From Chthonomonas calidirosea (lineage in GTDB: Bacteria > Armatimonadota > Chthonomonadetes > Chthonomonadales > CAJBBX01), in NCBI GenBank assembly GCA_020722705.1, contig DYKI01000003.1, forward strand, positions 4,177 through 68,176: a DNA stretch of 64,000 nucleotides. The letters run 5' to 3'. The notes below the pieces were generated by a model, which saw only the letters and a list, made by a program, of their open reading frames with translations, did not search any database and had not been told where the DNA came from. Each line of letters starts with the position of its first letter. Within the stretch, counting starts at the first letter, position 1. Positions 8,178-17,598 of this stretch are shown piece after piece. The position numbers and the translations under genes were made by a program.

Positions 8178-8870
8178 ATGGGAGGCTGCACGGCAGGCAT
8201 GTGGCGACGGCAGGCGTGGCTTGTCTGTCGAAAAGACTTGCAGACGGAACTGCGTGAGCGGACAGGTCTCAGCGCGTTGCTGCTCTTTGCGGTGACGTCG
8301 CTGGTCATCGTCGGATTTGCACTCAGCGGCGGCAGTCTAGACCCCTCGGCCGCAGCAGCCCTGTTGTGGGTGGTCTTGTTTTACGCAGCATTCGCGGGGC
8401 TTGGGCACTCATTCGCGGTTGAGGAGGAGAGCGGAACATCCCAGATGCTGCGCCTGGCGGCAAGTCCGGAAGCTGTACTTGCAGGCAAGACCTGCGCAAA
8501 CTTCATGGTGATTGCGGTCGTATCGGTGATTGCGGTGCCGCTGTTCATTGCCGTCACCGGGCTGACCGTTGTGCAGCCGCTGCGTCTTGCTTCGGTTGTG
8601 GTCTCGGGGATTGCCGCGCTCTCCTCGGCAGCAACGATCACCGGAGCGGTTGTAGCGAAAGCACGGGCCAGAGGCGTCATGTTCGGCGCCCTGGGGTTTC
8701 CGATTGTGATGCCGTTGCTGATGATGGCCGTTGTTGCCACTCGTCATGCCGTCTCGCCGGTACCGGGTGACTGGTCTTGGATGCGTGACGTCGGCGGGCT
8801 CATCTCGTATGCCATGATGTTGTCTGCCGCGTCCGTGCTGATCTTCCCGATCATTTGGGACACCCAGTGA
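8178..8870 (+). CDS. ccmB: Heme exporter protein CcmB
   Basis: KDLQTELR, about 6 TM segments, EEESGT...L, LAGK, LGFPIVMPLL. Confidence 0.88.
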   Translation: MGGCTAGMWRRQAWLVCRKDLQTELRERTGLSALLLFAVTSLVIVGFALSGGSLDPSAAAALLWVVLFYAAFAGLGHSFAVEEESGTSQMLRLAASPEAVLAGKTCANFMVIAVVSVIAVPLFIAVTGLTVVQPLRLASVVVSGIAALSSAATITGAVVAKARARGVMFGALGFPIVMPLLMMAVVATRHAVSPVPGDWSWMRDVGGLISYAMMLSAASVLIFPIIWDTQ

Positions 8871-8880
8871 GGTCATTTCC

Positions 8881-9585
8881 ATGCTTGCGAAACTCGCCCG
8901 TCTGTTCGTAGGGGGGCTGCTGGCCGCCGCGACATGGGGCACGATGGCCTATGTTCGCCCGGCTCAGGGCTTCCTGTATCCGGATGGAGCGCGAATCATT
9001 CTTGTGCATGTGCCGTGTGCGTGGCTTAGCGCTCTTGCTTACGTTGTCGCCGCGTGGAACGCCTTCATGGTGATGCGTTTGGTGCGGGATGAGCACAACC
9101 TCAGGTGGCGCCGCGCCGACGCCGCATGTGAAGCCTCGATGGAGCTCGGGCTGCTGTTCTCGATCCTGACGACCGTGACGGGAAGCATCTTCTCGCGGCT
9201 TCAATGGGGGGCGTTCTGGAGCTGGGACCCGAGGCAGACGTCAATCGTGGTAATCATGCTGCTGTTCGCCGCGTATGTTGTTCTGAGGAACGCGATCGTG
9301 ACCCAACCCGCCAGGGCTAGGCTGAGCTCTGCCTATGCCGTCCTGGCGGTCGTGCCCGGACTGTTCCTGATCTGGGTGCTTCCCAGGATCGTAAGCACCC
9401 TGCACGGCGACGCCAACGGCGCCGTGATTGGCGGAGGGCTGGACAGCCAGTATCGCACCGTGCTGTACGGCTTGGCCATGCCGGGCTTCGCGGGCCTGTA
9501 TGTATGGATGATGCGTTCACGCATGCGCTTGGCCGCCATCGTTGAGCGTGCGGAAGCTCGCTTTGCGCCTCAAGATGGGCAGTGA
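8881..9585 (+). CDS. ccmC: Heme exporter / cytochrome c assembly protein CcmC
   Basis: ILVHVP, WWD domain WGAFWSWDPRQTS, second His in STLHG. Confidence 0.93.
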   Translation: MLAKLARLFVGGLLAAATWGTMAYVRPAQGFLYPDGARIILVHVPCAWLSALAYVVAAWNAFMVMRLVRDEHNLRWRRADAACEASMELGLLFSILTTVTGSIFSRLQWGAFWSWDPRQTSIVVIMLLFAAYVVLRNAIVTQPARARLSSAYAVLAVVPGLFLIWVLPRIVSTLHGDANGAVIGGGLDSQYRTVLYGLAMPGFAGLYVWMMRSRMRLAAIVERAEARFAPQDGQ

Positions 9586-9630
9586 TGCCCTGAGGGCGTG
9601 AAGCCTGCGCGGAGAAGGGAGACTGCATGC

Positions 9631-9756
9631 ATGTCTGGTCAGATCTGGGTGGTACTGACACCCATCATCGTATGGGTGGGTGTCTTCGCGTATATGGCTG
9701 TCATAGATCGTAAGCTCGCCGCGGTTGAAGCGGCTCTCAATCGGGACGATCTGTGA
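9631..9756 (+). CDS. ccmD: CcmD small membrane protein (41 aa, absent from the ORF track)
   Basis: MSGQIWVVLTPIIVWVGVFAYMAVIDRKLAAVEAALNRDDL: one TM plus a charged tail, lying between ccmC and ccmE. SD-like GGGAGA upstream; stop overlaps the ccmE GTG. Confidence 0.85.
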   Translation: MSGQIWVVLTPIIVWVGVFAYMAVIDRKLAAVEAALNRDDL

Positions 9757-10166
9757 AGCGCGGCCCGGTTATAGCCTTCATCGTGCTGGTTGCCGCTGCC
9801 GCATTCACTTTTGTGAGCTTCAGCGGCGCGACGGCACGCCATGTCACCATCCGGCAGGCCAAGGCCATGTCCGGGCAGATGGTGCAGGTCCCGGGACGGA
9901 TCGAGAAGGACACCGTCAGCTTCGATCTGTCTGGCGAAAACGGGCATCTGAGCTTTGACATATCCGACATCGAGGGGAGCGGTGATCGCCTCAAGGTGGT
10001 GTATGCCGGAGCAAAGCCGGAGAACTTCGCAAACGCCACGACCGTCGAGGCCGTTGGCATGTATCGAGACGGCGCGTTCCGGGCGCAGAGACTGCTCGTG
10101 AAGTGTCCTTCTCGGTACCAGGCGGTCGAGGAGAATACCTCGACGCAAACGGCAGATCGCAACTGA
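9753..10166 (+). CDS. ccmE: Heme chaperone CcmE (CxxxY variant)
   Basis: N-terminal TM, VVYAGAKPENF, LVKCPSRY. Confidence 0.92.
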   Translation: MKRGPVIAFIVLVAAAAFTFVSFSGATARHVTIRQAKAMSGQMVQVPGRIEKDTVSFDLSGENGHLSFDISDIEGSGDRLKVVYAGAKPENFANATTVEAVGMYRDGAFRAQRLLVKCPSRYQAVEENTSTQTADRN

Positions 10167-12568
10167 TGGAGCCCGGCCGTATCGCCGTCATTGTCGGCCT
10201 GACTTCATCTCTGCTGTCGTTCGCATTCTATCTCGGCGCCCTGCGCAACCGCACCCGAGCCAGATATGTCGCGCGAGGCGCGTACACGCTGGCAGCCGCG
10301 GCGGGCGTCTTCTGCTTTGCGTGGTTGATGCACCTCGTGGCTTCGAAGCGCTTCGAGTACCGCTATGTGTTCGATTACACATCGGTTGATCTTGAAGGCG
10401 CGTTCCTCTATTCGGCCACCTGGGCAGGACAGGAGGGCAGCTTCGCGCTATGGACCGCCCTGACAGCCCTGATCGGCCTCTATATAGTCTGGAGGGGGCG
10501 CGATTGGGAAACGCGCGTTATGCCCGTGTACCTGACCAACATGATCGCTCTGTTTGCGATCATGCATTGGCTGAGCCCGTATGTGGTGATGCCCCCAGAA
10601 ACGGGTCCCAGACCGGCCGACGTTCCGCCCGGGATGCCCTGGCCGCCGCCGTGGCCCCCTGAGGATGGCAACGGGCTGAACCCATCGCTCCAGAACATCT
10701 GGATGGCGGTGCATCCGCCGACCATCTTCGTTGGTTTCGCATCGCTTGCCGTACCGTTTTCGTACGCCATTGCCGGGCTGTTCAGCCGATCCTATAACGA
10801 CTGGGCGCGGAGAGTCGCCCCATTCGTCATGTTTACCGTGGCGACCCTGGGCGTTGGTCTTTTCATGGGTGGGTACTGGGCGTACGAGACGCAAGGCTGG
10901 CACGGCTTCTGGGCATGGGATCCGGTGGAGAATGCGTCGCTGTTCCCGTGGCTTGGTTCCCTGGCGCTGGCCCACGGCCTGGTCGTGCAGCGAGCGCGAG
11001 GAGGCATGGCGAGAACCAACGTGTTTCTCGCTGTCGTGTCATGGCTGCTCTTTGTGTACGGCACCTTCCTGACGCGTTCGGGTGTACTGGCGAACTTCTC
11101 AGTCCATGCATTTGGGATGCTGGACAACGCAGCGCTGAGGATCCTGGTCGGCTTGATTGCGGTTCAGGGTGTCGGTGCGCTCGGGCTTCTGATCTGGCGC
11201 TGGCGGGACATCCGGTCGCGAGAGGTATCGGATGTCACCCTGTCACTTGACGCCGCGCTCTGGTTCGCCGTACTGCTGATGTGTATCGCGGCAGCCGTAG
11301 TGTGTCTCGGCACCAGTTGGCCGCTGATCTCGCGCTGGCCGATCTGGCGCTCCATCCCCGGTCTGGCGGGCCTGTACGCCGCCGATGGGGTTCGCCTCGA
11401 ACCCATCTTCTACAATCGGGTCGGCACCGCGCTGACGATCCCAACGCTGCTGGTCCTCGGAATGACACCGTTCCTGATCTGGGGGCGGACCCGAGGCGAA
11501 GATGTGCTTCGGCGTTTGATGCCTCCCTGGCTGCTATCCATTGCGGGCGGCAGCGCAGTGCTCTGGTTCGTGCTGCACGAGGCAGCCTCAGGTTTCGAAG
11601 CCTCCACGCCCCGCGTAGTGACGGTTGCGGTCGGGACGCTTGGCATCTTCGCAGCGCTCACGAACGCAGTCCTGGCGATGAAGCTGCTGCGGGCCAAGCG
11701 TACATACCTGGGCGCTTGGCTGTCGCATGCCGGCGTCGGCATCCTGCTGCTGGGCACTGTGCTTACGAACGTTTACGAGAAGACTGCGAGCTATGCCGTC
11801 ATCGAAGGGCGCGGCCCGGTCCGTACGGCCTTTGGGTACTCGATCGAGTACTTGGGCTGGACCCACGAAGGGAAGAGCGAGGAAGAGGTACTGAAGGACT
11901 GGCGGCGATTCGATCACGCTGTGCGGCTCCGCGTACGCCCTGATGGGTCACGCGGCTTCAAGCCGTATGAAGCGCGTGTCGCTGTCTTCAAGTATTGGAA
12001 CGCCGGGGAGGGTGAATGGGCCACCATGACGTGGCCAAGCATCCGGAAGCAGTGGCATCGGGATGTCTATCTGGCGGCAGCCGACGACCCGAAACTGGTC
12101 CGCCCGATCGCGACGCTTCGGCCGGGGGAGACGTCCACCATTGGTGTCCCTGGGCTGGGTCCGACCGGTTACGAAGTCCGCTATGACCGCTTCTATCGTT
12201 CGGACCACTCCGGGCAGATGGCGGGCGAAATGGGGGCGGAGATGACCCTGCGGACGCCGGATGGGAAGGAAGTCAAGATCCGGCCCGGCCTGGCATTCGA
12301 CGGAGGCGAGTCGCAGTCAGTCCACATCGCCATACCCGAGCTGGATGGAGCGGTGATCCTGCAGGACGGCATCAATCCGGACACCAAGGAGGTTACTGCG
12401 GCTTTCGAGCTTCCGGGCGCTCCTGCATCGTGGGTGGTGCCGATAGCCGCAACCAACAAACCGATGATCAACCTTGTCTGGCTGGGTGTTGTGCTGATCG
12501 GACTGGGCGCCCTCGCCGCCATGATACGACGGGCCAAAGAGGTTCAGGAACCGACGGCGGCGGCCTGA
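10166..12568 (+). CDS. ccmF: Cytochrome c heme lyase CcmF
   Basis: WAGQEGSF, GLNPSLQN..M.VHPP, WHGFWAWDPVENAS, TFLTRSG..SVHAF, SHAG, KPMINLVW. ATG at 10166 is coupled to the ccmE stop. Confidence 0.95.
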   Translation: MEPGRIAVIVGLTSSLLSFAFYLGALRNRTRARYVARGAYTLAAAAGVFCFAWLMHLVASKRFEYRYVFDYTSVDLEGAFLYSATWAGQEGSFALWTALTALIGLYIVWRGRDWETRVMPVYLTNMIALFAIMHWLSPYVVMPPETGPRPADVPPGMPWPPPWPPEDGNGLNPSLQNIWMAVHPPTIFVGFASLAVPFSYAIAGLFSRSYNDWARRVAPFVMFTVATLGVGLFMGGYWAYETQGWHGFWAWDPVENASLFPWLGSLALAHGLVVQRARGGMARTNVFLAVVSWLLFVYGTFLTRSGVLANFSVHAFGMLDNAALRILVGLIAVQGVGALGLLIWRWRDIRSREVSDVTLSLDAALWFAVLLMCIAAAVVCLGTSWPLISRWPIWRSIPGLAGLYAADGVRLEPIFYNRVGTALTIPTLLVLGMTPFLIWGRTRGEDVLRRLMPPWLLSIAGGSAVLWFVLHEAASGFEASTPRVVTVAVGTLGIFAALTNAVLAMKLLRAKRTYLGAWLSHAGVGILLLGTVLTNVYEKTASYAVIEGRGPVRTAFGYSIEYLGWTHEGKSEEEVLKDWRRFDHAVRLRVRPDGSRGFKPYEARVAVFKYWNAGEGEWATMTWPSIRKQWHRDVYLAAADDPKLVRPIATLRPGETSTIGVPGLGPTGYEVRYDRFYRSDHSGQMAGEMGAEMTLRTPDGKEVKIRPGLAFDGGESQSVHIAIPELDGAVILQDGINPDTKEVTAAFELPGAPASWVVPIAATNKPMINLVWLGVVLIGLGALAAMIRRAKEVQEPTAAA

Positions 12569-13593
12569 GCGGGGATAGGCGGCACGCGAACGCTGCGCGA
12601 GGATGACGCGGCCGATCGAAGCGCCGCGCGCGTGAACTGGACAACAGGCCAGAGGTCCTCTGGCGGAGCCGGGTTGGGTGCGTGTTCCCGAATCATCCGC
12701 ACGAACTCGACGTCCGAACCCTCACCTATCTCTACGCCTTCCAGCTCGGCAGGCTGACCTTCGCGGCACCAGCGCGGCTTGAAGTTCTCGACGAGGAAAT
12801 CCATCCCTTCACAGTGGATGTTGACCTGCTCGCGCCACACCTTGGCGTCGCCAACAAAGTGGAAGGTCATGGGCACATCATCGCCGATGACTGCCTCGCC
12901 CCAGACGCGGATGGGCACTCGCGTAGCGGCGTTGTGGCAGGATGCTCGAACGCGCTGTGGGTACAGCCCGGTGACCCAGAAGACCATGTCGAGCTGATGT
13001 CCGCCGGCGTCGTAGAAGAACCCGCCCGGGCATATGGCCGGATCGTGACGCCAAGTGCCCAGATTCGGCGTGATCCAGTCCTCCGAGTTGTAGACCGTCA
13101 CCGCCTTGACCGCGCCCCATCTGCCTGAGCGGATTTCCCGTCTCATGGCTCGATGTGCGCCGTCGTATCTGCGCTGATACGTCATGGCAACGATCCGCCC
13201 GGCCCCATCGCGGGTCCGGATCACACGCCCCAGATCTCGCGCTGATGCCGTGAGGGGCTTCTCGCAGAGCACGTGAAATCCAGCCTCCAGGCAGTCCACG
13301 ACTTGCTGCACATGGTACAGATCGGGGCTGGCGATACAGACAGCATCAAGAGGGAGGCCGAGCAGGCGTCTGTAATCTTGGTCAACAACGAGCGGCGGCT
13401 CCGGCAGCATCCGTGCCGCATCGTTTAGGGCACTTGGTGACGGCTCCGCAAGAGCCGCCACCCGAACGCCGGGGATGTTCAGCAATCGTCGAATGTGGCG
13501 CTTGCCGTAGTCGCCGCAACCCACGATGCCGATCTGAAGCGCTGCGCCCATCGCGGGTGTGAGCACCGGTTCAGGCGGACGCTTCGAGACCAT
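12544..13593 (-). CDS. Gfo/Idh/MocA family oxidoreductase
   Basis: IGIVGCG, IASPDLYH, HVLCEKP, GGFFYDAGGH. ATG 13593 chosen as the start just after the pruA stop. Confidence 0.9.
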   Translation of the reverse strand: MVSKRPPEPVLTPAMGAALQIGIVGCGDYGKRHIRRLLNIPGVRVAALAEPSPSALNDAARMLPEPPLVVDQDYRRLLGLPLDAVCIASPDLYHVQQVVDCLEAGFHVLCEKPLTASARDLGRVIRTRDGAGRIVAMTYQRRYDGAHRAMRREIRSGRWGAVKAVTVYNSEDWITPNLGTWRHDPAICPGGFFYDAGGHQLDMVFWVTGLYPQRVRASCHNAATRVPIRVWGEAVIGDDVPMTFHFVGDAKVWREQVNIHCEGMDFLVENFKPRWCREGQPAELEGVEIGEGSDVEFVRMIREHAPNPAPPEDLWPVVQFTRAALRSAASSSRSVRVPPIPAQAAAVGS

Positions 13594-13604
13594 GGAAAGC
13601 GCTT

Positions 13605-15152
13605 CTAGAAGCGTTCGGAGACCGACTTGGCCTGCATGAAAAGCTGAAGGTAGTCTGATCCGCCGGCCTTGCTGTCGGTGCCGCTCATGTTGAAGCCGCC
13701 GAAGGGCTGGATGCCGACCAGTGCGCCCGTGCACTTGCGGTTCAGGTAGAGATTGCCGACATGGAACTCCGACCGGGCTTGCTCCAGACGCTGTCGGTCG
13801 CGCGAGTACACCGCACCCGTAAGGCCGTACTCGGTGCCGTTGGCGATGTCGAGCGCTTCGGCATAGCTCCTGGCAGGTATGACGGAAAGCACCGGCCCGA
13901 ATATCTCCTCCTGCGCGATGCGAGCGTTCGGAGCTGCGTCCGCGAAGATCGTCGGCACGACATAGTGGCCCTCGGGCGGCGGGGGTGCACTCCCAAGTAC
14001 CATGCGTCCCTCGCTGCGCCCGATCTCGATGTAGCGCTCAATCTTGCGCTTTGAGGATTCGTCAATAACCGCACCCAGATTCGTTGCCTGTTCAGCGGGG
14101 TCACCCACCTTCAGCGCAGCGGCGCGAGCGATGACGCGATCCAGCAGCTCTTCGTAGATCGGTTGGGTGGCGATCAGGCGCGAACAGGCAGAGCACTTTT
14201 GTCCCTGAAACCCGAACGCCGATGCGATGATGCCGTCGGTGGCCAGGTCGAGGTCGGCCGTCTCGTCAACAATGATCGCGTCCTTGCCGCCCATTTCGAG
14301 TATGGTTCGCTTCAGCCAACGCTGACCGGGATGCACCGCCGCAGCACGCTCATGGATGCGGACGCCGACCTCTCGCGATCCTGTGAACGCAACGAAGCGT
14401 GTACGGGGATCGTCAACGAGGACGTCGCCGATCTCAGCTCCGGGGCCGGGAAGGTAGTTCAGCACTCCCGCCGGCATCGAGGCCTCCTGGAGGGTCTGGA
14501 TGAACAGCGCGGCAGCCACCGGCGCCTGGGATGCGGGCTTCACGATCACCGCATTGCCCGTCACCGCCGCCGCAGCCGTCATGCCGCCCATGATGGCTAG
14601 CGGGAAGTTCCAGGGCGAGATCACTGCACCGACACCAAGCGGGAGGTAGGTGACCTGGTTCTCCTCGCCCGGGTACGGACTGGTACAGTGGTCGCCCTTC
14701 AGTCGCATCATCTCGCGGGCGTAGAACTCCAGGAAGTCAATAAGCTCGGCCGTGTCCGCCCAGGCCTCAATCCAGGACTTGCTCACTTCGTATACCAGCA
14801 AGGCCGAGAACTCGTAGGCGCGTCGTCGGAGGATCGCCGCCGCTTTCAGCAGCACCCGCGCGCGTTCATCCGGGTCCGTTCTCCGCCATGCCAACGATGC
14901 CTTCTCGGCGGACTCAATCGCCAGCGAGGCGTGATCGGCGTTCGCCGCCGACACGCGCCCAACCACGACGGACGGATGCGCAGGGTTGCGGCTCTCGATC
15001 CAGCGTCCGGTTGTCACCGGATCGCCGCCGATGACGAGCGGCCAATCGCGACCGAGTTCGCCACGGACCTTGTCGAGGGCAGACTGCATGGCCGCGCAGT
15101 ATTGTGGGCTGGAGAAGTCGAGCAGGGGTTCGTTGCGAAACGATGTGAGCAT
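13605..15152 (-). CDS. pruA: 1-pyrroline-5-carboxylate dehydrogenase (PruA/RocA type)
   Basis: FRNEP start, ISPWNFP, FTGSREVG, LEMGGK, FGFQGQKCSACSR, EEIFGP, NRKCTGALVGIQPFGGFNMSGTDSKAGG. Confidence 0.95.
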   Translation of the reverse strand: MLTSFRNEPLLDFSSPQYCAAMQSALDKVRGELGRDWPLVIGGDPVTTGRWIESRNPAHPSVVVGRVSAANADHASLAIESAEKASLAWRRTDPDERARVLLKAAAILRRRAYEFSALLVYEVSKSWIEAWADTAELIDFLEFYAREMMRLKGDHCTSPYPGEENQVTYLPLGVGAVISPWNFPLAIMGGMTAAAAVTGNAVIVKPASQAPVAAALFIQTLQEASMPAGVLNYLPGPGAEIGDVLVDDPRTRFVAFTGSREVGVRIHERAAAVHPGQRWLKRTILEMGGKDAIIVDETADLDLATDGIIASAFGFQGQKCSACSRLIATQPIYEELLDRVIARAAALKVGDPAEQATNLGAVIDESSKRKIERYIEIGRSEGRMVLGSAPPPPEGHYVVPTIFADAAPNARIAQEEIFGPVLSVIPARSYAEALDIANGTEYGLTGAVYSRDRQRLEQARSEFHVGNLYLNRKCTGALVGIQPFGGFNMSGTDSKAGGSDYLQLFMQAKSVSERF

Positions 15153-15175
15153 GATCGTGGAATCCTTTCGCGCTG

Positions 15176-15184
15176 ATTATAGCA
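15176..15184 (-). promoter_or_regulatory. Extended -10 promoter element for pruA
   Basis: Minus strand TGCTATAAT, followed by an AAGGA SD and the ATG at 15152. Confidence 0.55.
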
Positions 15185-15222
15185 CAGCAGGAATACGCTC
15201 CTTCGAGCAGGAATACAGCCAC

Positions 15223-16794
15223 GTGCGACACCGTAGTGAAGAGCTCATTCTTGCGCTTGACATAGGTACGACCGGCATGAAGGCGGTCGTTTATTCCACT
15301 ACGGGCGCGCTCGTCGCCAACGCGAGCAGAGGCTGCTCCACCGATCGTCCGTCGCCCGGCGCCACTGAGCAGAATCCGGCCTCATGGTGGCGGGCCGCCG
15401 TCGCATGCTGCCGTTCATTGGGGAAGGTGGTGCCCGGTCTCGACCGGAGGGTCGCAGTGATCGGGCTGTCAGGCATGATGAACGGGTGCGTGCTTGTGGA
15501 CGAACGGGGGCGGACCGTGAGGCCGGGCGTCATCCACGCCGATACGAGGTGCGAGCCCATATGCCATGAGTTGGCGGCCAGGCTGGACCCTTCGCTGGTC
15601 TATCGGCGCACCGGGTGCCATCTGGCCCCCTACTTCTCGCTCGGGAAACTGGCATGGCTCCACCGACACGAGCGGGACACGGTAGGACGTGCGCGCTGGT
15701 TCATTCAGGCCAAGGACTACCTGGCCGGTCGCCTGACGGGCGTCTGGGGCGTGACAGACCCGAGTGACGCCTCATTGACGTCTCTGTATGATGTGCGCGC
15801 CGGCGAATGGGCCTGCGACCTTGCCGAAGAGGCAGGCATTGATTCCCGCCTGTTGCCGGAAATCCGCCCGTCGTGCATGTCCCTCGGGGGCCTCACGCGA
15901 GAAGCCGCACGGTCCACGGGCCTTCTCGAAGGCACACCCGTTGTGCTCGGCGGAGGTGATGGCGCCTGCGCCACGCTGGGATCCGGTTCGCACCGCCCCG
16001 GACACGCCTACCATTACCTTGGCGGCACATCCTGGATAGCGGTCATTGCCGATCGGTATGAGCCTGATCCCGAGGCGCGAACGTCGCATTTGCTCGGGTT
16101 GGCGCCGGAAGAGCATGTCAACTACGGAACAGTGCAGAGTGCAGGCACATCCGTCGAGTGGTTCCTTGCGCAGATCGGGTTCGGGACGCGGGTGAGCGCC
16201 CGCAGGCGCATAGCGGCTCTCCAGCCCCTTGCTGCTGCATCGCCTCCGGGCGCCAATGGGCTGCTGTTCCTTCCGTACCTCGATGGTGAGCGTGCTCCGA
16301 TATGGGATGCATCGGCTCGCGGCGCCTTCATCGGGCTGACGGGCGGGCACACGAGAGCCGATCTGGCCAGGGCGGTTCTGGAGGGTGTCGCCCATGCCTT
16401 GCGGCATGTTCTGAGCGCCTTCGAGACGCGGGGCATTGCGCCTGAGGTGATCCGCGTACTTGGCGGAGGCATGAACTCGCGGCTATGGAGGACGATCTTC
16501 AGCGGAATCTACGGTCGGCCTTTGCACGTCCTGGAACGCCCCGAGTCGTGCACTGCCTGCGGGGCCGCGATGGCGGCTGCATGTGCTGTGGGAATCTGTC
16601 AGGATGCAGGAGAGGCGGTGAGCCGCTTCGTTCGCATTGCAGACGTCGAGTACCCTGATCCTGCAACACGTGACGTCTATGATGATGCTCAGCTCAGGTT
16701 TCGGGCGCTGTATCCGGCGCTGAAGTCAACTTTCCACTGGCCGAGCAGGGGGTTCGCCACAGGGTTCAGCGGGGTCCCGAGCGACTCGTCGTGA
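15223..16794 (+). CDS. FGGY carbohydrate kinase (xylulokinase-like)
   Basis: LALDIGTTGMKA, TDPSDAS, GGGDGA, FLPYLDGERAP, AVLEGVA, LGGG. GTG start at 15223. Confidence 0.9.
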   Translation: MRHRSEELILALDIGTTGMKAVVYSTTGALVANASRGCSTDRPSPGATEQNPASWWRAAVACCRSLGKVVPGLDRRVAVIGLSGMMNGCVLVDERGRTVRPGVIHADTRCEPICHELAARLDPSLVYRRTGCHLAPYFSLGKLAWLHRHERDTVGRARWFIQAKDYLAGRLTGVWGVTDPSDASLTSLYDVRAGEWACDLAEEAGIDSRLLPEIRPSCMSLGGLTREAARSTGLLEGTPVVLGGGDGACATLGSGSHRPGHAYHYLGGTSWIAVIADRYEPDPEARTSHLLGLAPEEHVNYGTVQSAGTSVEWFLAQIGFGTRVSARRRIAALQPLAAASPPGANGLLFLPYLDGERAPIWDASARGAFIGLTGGHTRADLARAVLEGVAHALRHVLSAFETRGIAPEVIRVLGGGMNSRLWRTIFSGIYGRPLHVLERPESCTACGAAMAAACAVGICQDAGEAVSRFVRIADVEYPDPATRDVYDDAQLRFRALYPALKSTFHWPSRGFATGFSGVPSDSS

Positions 16795-17598
16795 TTGGAG
16801 AGGCAGCGTAACCTGATGCAGCGGCACGGTTACCTCAACCTCACTGTCCTCGAGCGCAACGGTCACTTCACCTCGGATCACTGACGTCGCAGAAACCCGT
16901 CCGGGTCCTTTCGGTGTGGTCACGTGACTTCCGACGCACGGAAACAGGTCGCGGGCTTCGAGATAGACCTCGTGCTCGTAGCGCAGACAGCACATCAGCT
17001 TGCCGCAGGCCCCGGAAAACTTCGCCGGATTCAGGAACAGGCTCTGGTCCTTGGCCATGCGCATGGAGATCGGAGCGAAATCCGTCAAGAACGCGCGGCA
17101 GCAGAGCTCACGTCCGCATGTGCCGCACCCCCCTATCAACCGCGCCTGGTCGCGCGCTCCGACCTGGTAGAGCTGGACCCGGCATCTGAGCAGGCCTACC
17201 AGATCGCGGACAAGCTCACGAAAGTCAATGCGGCTCTCGGCAGCGAAACAAATGACCACCTGTGAACCATCGAACGAGAACTCCGCCGATAGTATCTTCA
17301 TGGGCAAGCCGTGATGACGAACGCGTTGGATCGCGGTTCGCAACGCGGTTTCAGCACGTTCGGCGTTCCGCTCGATCTGAGCTTCGTCGTCCTCGGTCGC
17401 CACTCTCAGGATGGGCTTCAGGGATGACGACGGAGATACATCAGCCAGGGGGAACCGCGCGGTTCGTACCACACCAAGTTCCAGGCCTTTGGCCGTTTCC
17501 ACAATGACGCGATCGCCCACATGAAGCTCAAGGTCCGAAGCATCGAACCAGTACTGACGCCCAAGAGGGCGGAACGATACGCCTACCGCATCAGCCAT
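16726..17598 (-). CDS. ricT: PSP1/RicT (YaaT) family Fe-S regulatory protein
   Basis: RIDFRELVRDL, GARDQAR..GGCGTCGRELCC, MAKDQSL.LNP.KFSGACGKLMCCLRYE. Confidence 0.9.
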   Translation of the reverse strand: MADAVGVSFRPLGRQYWFDASDLELHVGDRVIVETAKGLELGVVRTARFPLADVSPSSSLKPILRVATEDDEAQIERNAERAETALRTAIQRVRHHGLPMKILSAEFSFDGSQVVICFAAESRIDFRELVRDLVGLLRCRVQLYQVGARDQARLIGGCGTCGRELCCRAFLTDFAPISMRMAKDQSLFLNPAKFSGACGKLMCCLRYEHEVYLEARDLFPCVGSHVTTPKGPGRVSATSVIRGEVTVALEDSEVEVTVPLHQVTLPLQSRRVARDPAEPCGEPPARPVES

